From positions 116,675-180,674 of the forward strand of contig NMRA01000723.1 of the NCBI GenBank assembly GCA_002633005.1: a stretch of 64,000 bases of DNA, in the 5' to 3' direction. This stretch comes from Phoronis australis. Taxonomy: Eukaryota > Animalia > Phoronida. The notes below the pieces were generated by a model that ran no database searches, was not told the DNA's origin, and saw nothing but the letters and a program-made list of their open reading frames with translations. Shown here in pieces: positions 11,707 through 23,551 of the stretch. Position 1 is the stretch's first letter. The number at the start of each line of letters is the position of its first letter. Both the position numbers and the translations under genes were made by a program.

Positions 11707-13298
11707 GTGTAAAAGAAAGCCAAGCAATTGTTCGAGGTATTGTAGACTTACAAAAACTTGTAGGCAAGGAGAAAAGAGAATTCAGCCCTGTGAGTGAACT
11801 ATCCCAGGTCATGTTGGAAGCCTGTTCTAGTCTGGCACAGACACGTCTCATGGAGGTGTTCAGTGACTATACGCATGACAAGTTCTCACGAGATAATGCG
11901 GTAAAAAACGTTATGGAGGACGTTGTTGACAAACTCAAAGGCAGTTTCCCAGAGACAGAACCGAGTGTACTCATTGAGTGCTTTAATAAGGTGTCCAAAG
12001 GTGTGTTTCGTGATTTAGTGTTAGATGGTGAGAAACGATGCGATGGGCGTACCAGCAACATGCTGAGGCCTATCTCATGTCAAGTGGACTTGTATCCCCC
12101 ATTACATGGGTCGGCATTGTTCCAAAGAGGACAAACTCAGGTTCTTTGTACTGTGGCATTTGATTCACTTGAGTCGGCTGCAAAGTCTGACTCGGTGTCA
12201 GTATTGACTGGAGGTATTAAAGAGAAGAACTTCATGCTGCACTATGAATTCCCACCCTACGCGACCAATGAATTAGGTCGGCCTGGAATGATGGGAAGGA
12301 GGGAATTGGGCCATGGTGCATTGGCCGAGAAATCGCTTCGCCCCGTAGTTCCTGACAAGTTTCCCTTCACGATTAGACTAACGGCAGAGGTCCTCGAGTC
12401 CAATGGTTCATCATCTATGGCGTCAGCATGTGCCGGAAGCTTGGCATTGATGGACGCTGGAGTACCCATCTCAGATGCCGTGGCTGGAGTTGCCGTGGGT
12501 CTTGTAACACGTGTGGATGAAAATAATGATATAATTGAGTACAAGCTGCTCACTGATATCCTTGGTATTGAGGATTACATGGGGGATATGGACTTTAAGA
12601 TGGCTGGCACTAAACGAGGCATTACTTCATTGCAGGCCGACATGAAGTTACGCGGACTTCCTCTTGCCATTGTCATGGAGTCAGTGCAAAAAGCGACGGA
12701 GGGAAAATCGGAAGTTCTACAGATTATGAATCAAACAATTCAGCGAAATCGGGAAAAGCCCAAACCAAATCAACCGATCACTGAGAAGCTTAGTATTCTG
12801 GTAGCCAAACGATCGAAATTTGTCGGTGTTGGTGGCTACAATTTAAAGCGTCTCACAGCGGAAACTGGTGTGATGGTCTCTGTCGTTGATGACACAACTT
12901 TTGAAATTTTTGCCCCTAATCCGGCGGCAATGGATGAAGCAAAAGAGAAGGTTGAACAACTCTTAGCTGAGGAAAGGGAACCTGAACTAGAGTTTGGTGC
13001 TATTTATCAAGGAAAAATTGTTGAGATTCGTGACAGTGGTGTCATGGTGGAACTGCATCCCCTAATCAAACCAGCTTTAGTACACAATTCACAGTTGGAT
13101 CAGAGAAAAGTGAGTCACCCAAGTGTGCTCAGTTTTGAAGTTGGTCAAGAAATATCAGTCAAATACTTTGGTCGAGATCCAGTCACGGGGCAGCTGAGGT
13201 TGTCTCGGAAGGTCTTGTATACGCCATCTAGTGGCGTTGTGAGGACTCTTGGACAAACAAAGTCATCAAGGACTAGCGAGAATGGAAGTGAGGTGTGA
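11707..13298 (+). CDS. PNPT1: PNPT1 coding exon 4 (helical domain, second RNase PH, KH and S1 domains; stop codon)
   Basis: ttctag|GT completes Gly (phase 1); motifs [54 protein letters not shown] 'VGVGGYNLK' and S1; total CDS 2304 nt = 767 aa. Confidence 0.97.
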
Positions 13299-13410
13299 CC
13301 TTGAGCTTTTCATTTACTGCTGGGGGATGTAGTTTTAACTTAGAGTGACCAGATCATAAAGTCAGAATAGTCGTATTCCTTCTGCTGCTTACTTTTTTCC
13401 TGATACCAAT

Positions 13411-13454
13411 CACTGCACTGCACTGCACTTCTCTGCACTGCACTGCACTGCACT
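13411..13454. repeat. (CACTG)n microsatellite downstream of the PNPT1 stop
   Basis: Interrupted run of CACTG pentamers. Confidence 0.85.
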
Positions 13455-13869
13455 ACCTGTACAATCTATCTTTAAAAAGTCTTTTTTGGTATGAACATCG
13501 TGTTAGATATTTTTATGCACTCACATATGAAAATGGGGGTGCATATTGCCATCTTTTTTGTCAAGTGTTCGTTGCTATATCTGCAAACGCCTTGCAGGAT
13601 CCTCATGAGATTTGACATCGGTTTACCGTTATGCCTCCTGGTGGCAATTTATTCTTTACATTTGTCTCTTCAATTTCGTAGTTGGGCCCACATCAGCTGG
13701 TTACCGATAAATGCTTACCATTATCTTTATACTGGTAATAAGAAAAACAAAGTGGAACTTCATACACCCATCTACTCGTATCTGTGCGACGAGCTTGCAA
13801 CCTAATTTCCCATGGGATACTTTTGCAACTCAGTTGGTAGAGCACTTGGTGTGGTTATCTCAATGTACA

Positions 13870-14820
13870 AATCTGTGAAGGATGTTCATTGATTTCAATA
13901 GTTTCATTATGTTGTGGGAGTTGTTCCTGTTACGGAGTATTGATCTGGTGTTGGGGGACTTTTAATGGTATGACTTCATGTGAAGAGATTCCACGTCTTG
14001 CTGTAAGGTATTTTGAGGCGTTCATTACATTAAACGTATTGTTGCCATGCAAGGGGATATAGGATTTGGAATAGTCACTCCTGTGACTAGAGGCCTGCTA
14101 CTATCTCTACAAATAATTGGGTCTTCCAAACTTTTGAACATTTTTGAAGAATTGGGGATTACAGATTGTTTTCATAACTTACGTTCCCTTAATCTCTCTC
14201 ACTGTAAGAATATTTTGCATGATTTGGCTTGTAATTGGTGGCTATTTGAATGCCATTCGAAAACATAATTAAGAATCTATATGTTTTGATGAAGAATGTT
14301 TTTGAAGTTAAGCTATGTATAGAATTAGACTTAACTCAGTCTAGTAGGTCGATTTTTGCTCAAATTAGAACCGGATTCTACAGATATTGGTTTGAGGTTG
14401 GGTGTTTTCGTTCCCTGGAATATAGTGATAGAATCTGCGGTCTTTGTCACACTGGTCAGGTCAAAACTGAAGTATCACAAACACCTTTTACTCTCGAGTT
14501 GAGATTAAATATCCCCAATGTCACGCAGAAAGCTGTGAAGTAACTTACTTACCATTGTACATAAAAATATCCGGAAAACTACATTCTTCATCAAAAATAT
14601 TTTTGAATTATGGGAAAGTTCATTTATGTATGATCACTAGACTGTCACTATTTTGATCCTCTTGCTCGTGATGCAATCGTGTATTTGTTTTTCATGTATC
14701 TAAAGTGACTTATAAGCCCAGTGGTGGGCTGGGCGTTCCCATTTTGTTATTTGTTGTTTTAATCTATCTGTGCCAACACAGGTCACTATAATAAAATAAT
14801 TTACATTACTTACTTTACCA
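13870..14820 (+). mobile_element. decayed, 5'-truncated non-LTR retrotransposon (LINE ORF2 C-terminus plus tail)
   Basis: Frameshifted remnants 'VPVTEY*SGVGG', 'MQGDIG' and 'RSIFAQIRTG..EVGCFR..DRICGLC..VKTE' resemble the post-RT region and C-terminal Cys knuckle of CR1/L2/RTE-group LINEs; ends in AATAAA plus a TTAC-type tail. Confidence 0.7.
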
Positions 14821-14848
14821 GCACTTTGGTTGGAAAATGTCTGATTGG

Positions 14849-15821
14849 GAGCTCAGGATACGTGGTAAAAATTGGTCAGCTGAAATGCACTATACATTTA
14901 AATTATGTAATAGGGGTAACGTGCTCGTTGACTTCAGTTCTGTTTGAGGATGATTGGAGCTAGGGTATCAGGTTTTAACCAAAATTGAGAATTTACATTT
15001 TATATAAAGCTGCATTTGCCCCAGTTTAGCTGTATTCAGAACGTACACATTATTTGAACCTGCATTTCACCCCTGTTAAGCTGTCAGTGTTGAATTCTTA
15101 ACTCAGTCATTTCTTACCATGCTCATCCAATCTTGAATTATTGCCAAATGAACCACCAACTCAAGTCACAGCCAATGCGTACATGTGCCATTATAGAGTC
15201 CTTAATTTGAGGGCTTGACAAACCTAATAAACTTTGAAGTGTTATCCCCAGAGTTGCTGATGATTTCCATGTTCTTGTTTTAGCGACAGAAATAGCATCG
15301 TATCCAGTAAGGACTACTGTGGGACTGATTTCTTCAAGAGTAAATGGTCGAATTCCATTCTCATTTTTGGAAGGGCAAAACGCAGCTTTAGAAGGGCCTT
15401 CGCTCGTGTTTAGAAGGGTGTAAAATATTGCTAGTACTATGCACATCAGATCTTGAAAAGTTGCCAAATGAGCTGGCAACTAGTCACACGCATTTGAATT
15501 TGAAATTTTAGAGTTGACCAACCCCAGAAGCTTTTTCTTGAGATGCAGATTCTTTCAATTGATGTTGTTGGTTACAGAAATAGCATCCTTTCGCGACAGG
15601 AATATGGAATCAATTTTATGAGAGTAAGTCTCTATTCAATTTTCGGTTTTTGGCCAGCAAAACAGAGCAAAATGCAGTTTTATACAAAAATTGAAAACCA
15701 AGAATAATGTACGTTATTTGCAAACATTCAGGACGTCTTTAGTTTGTCACTTTGGATTTGGTACTCTTCCATGGGAAATAAAACACCAATATTTGGCCAC
15801 AAAATGCATGGTCCTGAGCCT
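14849..15821. mobile_element. possible Kolobok-like non-autonomous element
   Basis: Right end GGTCCTGAGCCT|TTAA; degraded left match GAGCTCAGGA at ~14849; left boundary uncertain. Confidence 0.35.
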
Positions 15822-16649
15822 TTAACCTCAGTGCTATGAAGAGGAACTTCAGCTTTCCATTTTTTGCTGTATTCTATCAATTAGCCAAGAAGTAAACGTT
15901 TTAATGATTAATCCGTTCGGATAGCTTTCTGTTTTCGTACATTCTTTTTGAAACGCAAAAAATGTTTATTTGTTCAAATGCTACTACTGAGTAATAGCCC
16001 AATGGGATAGGTGTCATTTTTCAAACATTTTTTCAATTGTTTAAACCTGTTCGCCACGGCACTATAATGAATAAAATTCATTCATTCAATACTACTGTGT
16101 CAACCAGACCAAGACTTGCACTTTAAAATACTTTCTCAAACATACATGTTGTGTTACAAGCATTGTTTATTTATTTGCTACTGTTTAAACACACCCAACA
16201 TACCATACTATATAATCAATCCATAAAGCACATAATAGATTAGCATGACACCTGTTTCTCTCTACCATTAAATGTTTTATCATTTCCATTCCTTTGAATA
16301 CTTCTGAAAATTCTATGTAAAAGCAACTAAATGTGTAAATTTATATTTTGGATGTATCTATAAATGTTTTAGAAGTCACAAAGCAATTTCATAAAGAGTT
16401 ACAAATTCATTTAGAGCATACTTTGACTTCATGCTTTCAATTACATGAATTACATCATAATTCAATTTTGGCATTCCCGTTACCTAATTTGGAAACCAAG
16501 AACTTGACGTTTTGTTCTTCGTCCAAAACATTAATTTGGCATTTCGTTTAAGAAGTCCGTACACATTAAAAAACATAACTGCAACATTTGAATACAAAAT
16601 AATCAAAACACTAACTTTATTTAAGGAACAACAAGTATTACGGAAGCTA

Positions 16650-16883
16650 AATATTGTATAATAGCGTAGATCCACAATATTGTATAATGATGTAGATCCT
16701 CAATATTGTATAATGATGTAGATCCTCAATATTGTATAATAGCATAGATCCACTAAATTGTGTAATAGCGTAGATCCACTATATTGTATAATAGCGTGGA
16801 TCCACAATATTGTATAATAGTGTAGATCCACTATATTGTATAATAGCGAAGATCCACAATGTTGTATAATACTGTAGATCCAC
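16650..16883. repeat. 26-bp minisatellite, 9 copies
   Basis: Consensus AATATTGTATAATAGCGTAGATCCAC, head-to-tail with no spacers. Confidence 0.95.
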
Positions 16884-17059
16884 ACAGGCTCATTTTGCAG
16901 TGCTGGGAACTGGTCTAAGTATCATTCACAGTTACTTTCACCATTTCTGATAGGACAAAGCAGAAAGGAAGCATGTTGAGTGCAGAGTTAGTGAGGAAAG
17001 CGTTTCATTGAAGAAGAAAAAGTTGAGAAGTCCATGCATGGTCTACAAGAGATCAACGG

Positions 17060-17098
17060 CACAAATACAAACACACGCATTAGTTTGAACACTTTATT
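17060..17098 (-). terminator. probable RNF38 polyadenylation signal
   Basis: Minus-strand AATAAA at 17098-17093, followed ~15 nt later by a GU-rich element (GCGTGTGTTTGTATTTGTG); implies a ~3.15 kb 3' UTR. Confidence 0.6.
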
Positions 17099-18861
17099 GT
17101 TGTACACATTACCCCCACCAATAGAAGCTCTCTGAATCATGCAGTACATGGAACACCAGGGCGAAAGTGGTCATCGTAGCAAAAAATATAAAATAAAGCA
17201 TCTGTTATTGCTAAAAAGATAACAAAAATTCTCATCCTGTTTGAATAAAAAAATTTCACACAACAAAAACAACTATGATATTATATCAACTCAATAGACT
17301 TTGAATACGTGTGCCATGTTACAGAACACATACACGCAGACAATCACTCACACATCATAGCTTTCAACTTGACAACATTAAACAGGGAACAACTCTCTAC
17401 CTACTACATGGCAAAAATTCCGCGAAGCTCTAGCCATGGTATATCATACACCGCGTGTTCCAAATATCTATGAGGTAGCCATTTTTGATTCTAAACTTTC
17501 CAAGTGAAGCCATGGAACTAAAGCCAACAGGCGCCTGTGCACAAAATAAAATAAGTCTCATTCAAATCTCAACACCTTTTGGCTTTTGATAGTGGTGCAA
17601 AACTGCCACACACTTGACCAGTCCTGATAACTGAATAGCAAGCCAGAAAGAACATAAAGGCACAAACATTTCCCATGTAAAATACAAAATTTAGTGAAAA
17701 TAACATTACATTGCTAATAAACGACTTATCATGTTCTTGTACTACATAGCCTAGCTAATTTAAAAGTGTGTGCAGCAATAGTTCACTATCTACGCTACCA
17801 CGCCACACTATTGAGCAAGTTTATGGAATAATACACGTTTTAGTACAGAACTAGATAAGCCTAGTTTCCATGGAAATATTAAACAACAGAGCAGGAAACA
17901 TTAAGGAATTTGTGAGAATGATTTTGAAACAACAGAACAACGTGAAAAGCATGTTAAATAAACAGTTTCAGTGCAGCGCTCCAGTGACTACTTTCAATAC
18001 ACCCACTCTACAGCACGGCAAAAATGACACGGGTGCAACCCAGTTAAGCCTTATGGGACAAAAATCAGTGGTGACTATAAAACACATCCCAAAAATTCAT
18101 AGTGCTAACTTATGAATAGATCTGAAAATGTTACATATGGACATTTGATATGGCAAAAGAGTGTCCACAGTAAACATAAACAACAGTAGCAGCCTTCCTT
18201 CACTGATGGACTGACACACTTACATATAATACTGCTAACATTGGTCCTTGAAGCAGGGACTGCCTTTATACATAACAAAAATAAGCAACAACACAAAATG
18301 TGAATAGAAAAAAAAACCAGCTCGACAGCAGTCAGAAGTTAACGATGAAATGAACAACGGCTGCAAGTGTAAGTCCCTACGCTGAAAATTTGTGAAAAAG
18401 TCTTTTCAGCAGTAATGCTGACAGTGTTTCATTACAGCTTCAAGCAACGAGGGTTATGTGGTGTGTATAACGTTAGATGCGCGCGATACTAAAATGGCAA
18501 GGTGGAGATTCTACACAGCACGAGGGGTTAAAGAGAATGGTGACTGATCAAGCTCTAGCTGTGAAGAATAAAACAAAACGAAACGTAACAAAGGCATAAA
18601 CAAACTACACTAAATTATGACATGATATGCTCTCAATCAAATAACTCGACTAAGCCACACGAAAATGAAATCAATATCAATTGTAAATTATGATTGGATA
18701 ATAACAACGAGAATACTTGACAATAACATGTACGGCTGTTCACATTCTACAAAAGCTTTTCGATTCTTTTCATGGAAATCAAAATTAAACCCAAAGCTTC
18801 TTAAATGTATGCGATAACAGCCAAAAACAGTTCAAACTTTAAGCAGAGGTAGAAGTTTATG

Positions 18862-18922
18862 CAACTGCAATACAAGCTCAGTGCACTGTACAACTGCAAT
18901 ACAAGCTCAGTGCACTGTACAA
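18862..18922. repeat. 29-bp direct duplication in the RNF38 3' UTR
   Basis: CAACTGCAATACAAGCTCAGTGCACTGTA x2. Confidence 0.9.
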
Positions 18923-20246
18923 ATCCCAATGCCTAACGACAGTCGAGTTTTTGCTCAACCTTCAGAACTCATTATTGGGAGATTGTGAACAAAGAAACCA
19001 GGTTATGACGACCACCCCATGTGCAAGCTGTCATCGACAAGCAACGGTTCAAGTTGTGATTGACATGCGTTCATGACGACTTAGAAGAGCAGCAAAAAGG
19101 TTTTAAAAGAGCTAAAAATCCCCCCGATGACTCTCCAGGAGGAATAGTCTGCCGAGGTCAGCTGCTTATTTCTATACCATCAGAAACAGACTAGACTTGG
19201 CACTCTAGAACCCAGTAGCGAGTCGATGACAGCTTTAACACGTTACTGGACTTGGAATTAGCGTGAAATGAACTCAGAATCAACAACAACACGTGACGTG
19301 AGCAGGGTGATGTCAACATTTAACTACAAAAAGTAGAAAATTCACAACTTAAGTCATAGAATGTGCTCCAAACTTTGGCAACATTGCTCCAGATCAAAAA
19401 CCCACCCCGTTGTGTACATAGTAATATAAGCAAGCTTTGCCATATGAGACCCTCCCAGAGTGCGAAAACGCAGTAGTGTGTTGTTGGCAAGCTTGCATCC
19501 AGCAAGACACAACCTAAATAATACTGGCCAATCAAAACGAGGAAGTAACCCCACTTGCAACAACACAAGCCAGAGAAAAAGCCTCCCCAACATCAACAAA
19601 TACACAGCCACGTTTACAGCAAGAAGCCCACTCTGGGAACACTGAAGACTTTTGGTGTGTTTCTACCTTCACACGTATGTGTACAAGTACAGTAGAAGAA
19701 CCGACTTACAATATGAGCAGCCAGCCAGGAATCCTTTGAGGACTTGGGGTGGAGAGACTAGTACTAAACATAATAAAAAATTGCCTTTTGCCTAAAATTG
19801 CCTAATGAAAATGGAGAAATTGCCATCTACATGTACAAGTAATTTTGCTTTAACCTCCCAATGCGTCACAATGCAACACTTGCGGCGAGATATCTGCCGC
19901 GTACACATCTGACAAGTGATTGTGATAGATTATACAGAATGAGGCGGTAGCATATAACAAACACAGACGAGGTTAAATAGGAAATGTCCACAAAATGAAA
20001 ACTAGAAAATGCCCTCTAAAGTACATGAAACAAAAAACTTGCGTGAAGTTGTGAAAATTTACAAAACCCTAGGATTGCTATATACCTAAGAAAGATACAC
20101 AACACTCAGAAAAGCACAACAATCCACCGTATTTGTGGATGGTGTTCAATCCCCACAATAACTGATCAGCATTTAGTCAATTTCCCAAAGCAGCATTGGC
20201 AAAGGTTGGAGGTCAGCCTTGATGATTGCACAGGCGTTCGGAGACT

Positions 20247-20312
20247 CTAATCTGATTGGCTGGACGCCGTCTCCGATGCATCAGCCCGACAAATTGGGCA
20301 AGTTCTATTGGT
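20247..20312 (-). CDS. RNF38: RNF38/RNF44-family E3 ligase, last coding exon
   Basis: tttttcag|ACC; TNRTCPICRADASETASSQSD* completes the RING-H2 and matches the family C-terminus 'NRTCPICRADAS'. Confidence 0.95.
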   Translation of the reverse strand, partial: TNRTCPICRADASETASSQSD

Positions 20313-20560
20313 CTGAAAAAGATAGAGCTTCAATAGCAAAATGCACAAAAATTCAGGCATGGTTAAGCAACCCAAGTAAAACACAAGAAAATACCTACAA
20401 CACTTTCTTTCTTTTAAGGTCTGAGCAGACAATGTACTGAGAGTAAGATGAGAAAAAAATCCACTAAACCTAAAGACTTTTCAGGTAATTTGAACTTGTG
20501 CATTAATCTTATTATTATTGTTAAAGAAAAGAAATCTCCATATGTAGAAAATCTCCATCA

Positions 20561-21139
<579 letters not shown>

Positions 21140-21143
21140 TTAC

Positions 21144-21244
21144 AAGAAGTGCAGCAGTAAACCAGGGTATGGAGGTGGCGGTGGCACCGAGCGCCATCTG
21201 TTGGTCCGGTTTGGTGTGCGGCGCACAAAACGAGAGTATGGGCC
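21144..21244 (-). CDS. RNF38: RNF38/44 exon
   Basis: ttacag|GGC...TT|gtaagt, 101 nt; GPYSRFVRRTPNRTNRWRSVPPPPPYPGLLLHF(L); phase fits both neighbours. Confidence 0.9.
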
Positions 21245-21367
21245 CTGTAAAAGACATTTCCCAATTATTCTGTAAAACAATTCAAGAGACAGTAATTAAA
21301 AACATATTAGCATATTAAATAGTAATTAATGCTACTGAAAGCCTTAGAAAGGTCAACAAAAACTCAC

Positions 21368-21517
21368 ATAGACATCATGTGGCTGCGGGTGAACGGCTGG
21401 CTCTTGAAGAAGGACTGGTGCCGACGGGTTGATTGTGGGGCCTCTGTGGATTGCACTAGGAATGTGGTAGGTACCCGGACGGCGATCACCGATCACATGG
21501 ATGTCATTCTCCTGGTG
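21368..21517 (-). CDS. RNF38: RNF38/44 exon
   Basis: ccctcag|CAC...TAT|gtgagt, 150 nt, phase 0-0; HQENDIHVIGDRR...EPAVHPQPHDVY (alternative in-frame AG 6 nt downstream). Confidence 0.85.
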
Positions 21518-21868
21518 CTGAGGGTAGAGACGCACATTTTCACAGCACAAAATAAATGGCACCACAAAGCACAAAGACAAAAAGACTCGATGTCAACAGC
21601 TAGCTACAGCCGATAAAAGTTGTCAAACTATTTGTAGTTTCTTTTGTTCAGTGTTCAAACATTTTTAATATGATTGCAAGCCTAAGGATAGGGACTTAGG
21701 CAAATAAATTCATTCTCTTATGACTTAATACAAGTTACAGAAGTTCAGATACTACCCTTACATTGTCGAGCATAAGAAAACCAATCTCCGTCTGGAGTTG
21801 ATGTTTCTAATGAACTACACCGCATTCACTTATAAAACCATGATATGAACAATAACAATGAGACTTAC

Positions 21869-22168
21869 ATGATGATGGTGACCCTGCAAGTGTTGTGTCG
21901 TTGGCACAAAATGGGTCGTATGTAGTGGGTTGGGGTGATGCTGCAGATGAGGGGGCATGTGTACCGGCTGCATGTGCTGTGGCAGGTGCTGGGCCATAGG
22001 CAGGCCGCAGGCGGGGATGTGCTGGATACTGCAGGCTGGGAACTGTACGGTGCACCCTGGGATGGTCCAGGTGGGCTGCGCCATGTGGCCCGTGGTGGGC
22101 AAGTGGTGGGCAGCGGTGCACACTGGGATGGCATAAGGCGCCATCGTGACCGGCGTAGAAACAGGAAC
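21869..22168 (-). CDS. RNF38: RNF38/44 Pro/His-rich exon
   Basis: ttcacag|GTT...CAT|gtaagt, 300 nt; 'IPVCTAAHHLP...IPGCTVQFPACSIQHIPAC', the repeated PxC motifs typical of RNF38/44. Confidence 0.92.
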
Positions 22169-22991
22169 CTGTGAAAAGAGAAATTTATTTAAAGTAAATA
22201 AGCAGAATAATGAATGAAAATTTGTGAGCGAGGTCGACAATAAATTGACAATGACACAAAAATTCAACATGAAAACGATACACAACAAAGTAGCATACTC
22301 TCTAGTTGGTAATGCAGAGTCAAGACAGCTTGTACCATGATCTCGGGTCCTTCATTTGTGCCTGAGGGCATCATTTTCCCATTTTAAAACCTTTTATCCT
22401 CAGCATAGTTCTAGTTACAGGGTAAATTTATATGAGATTTTGGGTAAACAAAGTTTAGATTGTAAAAACATGCCAAGTCATTATTGCTAGCACAATACAG
22501 TAGTAGTTGTAGGAACAACAAAAATTTGAGAATACCACAACTACATGTAAAGTTGGTGACATAATTCTAATATAATCCACAAAAAATCTATATCAATAGT
22601 CATCAACTCAATCACATTAGTATTTCAGAGCAGTGCAAATGAAAATTAAAAATGAGTTACTGATTTGTTGATGCATTAATGATTTCATTGAGGCATTTCA
22701 CAATTAGTACTGAAACACTAAAATACCATGGGACTGTTTCAAGAAAAGTGATTCAGAAATTCTGTTTTGGGCTTCACGCGACTATTTATGACGCAATTTA
22801 ATAAGACTAAAGTGTTCAAGGAATACCCGTAATTGCTAGTTAATCGGATAATCAGTGTAAATTGTCATATGATAACAATTACATGGCAAATATTTTATGT
22901 TGTATTTGTTGCAGCGTAATACAAAACAAGGCTCCTGGTATACACAACAACTGCACTAAGTAAGGCTTCATAAGAGGCGTGGTCTACACAC

Positions 22992-23178
22992 CTGTGTCAT
23001 GTCAATAATGAAGGGGTGGTGGTGAGGTGCCTGATGAGGCAGGACTGCGGGGTGAATTTGTTGCTGAGGCATGGCTGCCTGTGGCTGGCTCATAGAGGGT
23101 GGTTGGAAGGCCCGCCGCTCTGGGGACTCAGACTGACGGAGAGTGTTCCGGTCTCGGGCACGGCGACGAGTGGTAGGG
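22992..23178 (-). CDS. RNF38: RNF38/44 exon (common acceptor for alternative upstream exons)
   Basis: ttttccag|C...CAG|gtgtgt, 187 nt; PTTRRRARDRNTLRQSESPERRAF...IIDMTQ; requires a phase-2 donor. Confidence 0.9.
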
Positions 23179-23551
23179 CTGGAAAAGAAAAAGAAATTCA
23201 TATAGCACAGGTTGAAAGCTAAATTCTGGATTGTCTTCTTAAATAAAAATAATGAGGAAAAGGCCAATAAAAGCAAAGAAGTCCAAAAGCCTAGATGAAA
23301 TAGGTTTTTGCACAGTGCTAGAGAGGAAACTAGAGGCGCATGAATTCAACACGTAAAATGATAATAGTAACACATCAGTTTGGATTTGTTAGCAAGTCAG
23401 AAAATATGTGGCTGCTGTTCTTGGCACTGCAGTACAAACATTAATTTTGACAGTAGACTGACACAAGTAGTAACTGTACAGCAATGAACACAGCTGTTAC
23501 TAAATGAATATACATCTAGGGAACGCAAGCTCACAACTAAATACACTGATC

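Noticed and set aside
11676-13298. Horizontally acquired bacterial pnp or a processed retrocopy
   Set aside because: The long ORF is the last exon of a spliced gene with three phase-consistent introns, a mitochondrial presequence and animal-type motifs.
13825-13850. tRNA or SINE head (CTCAGTTGGTAGAGC)
   Set aside because: Only an A-box-like stretch; no B-box downstream.
16650-16883. CRISPR-like array (also considered for 34593, 38206, 56127 and 60870)
   Set aside because: Units are contiguous with no unique spacers, there are no cas genes, and the context is eukaryotic; these are minisatellites or subterminal repeats.
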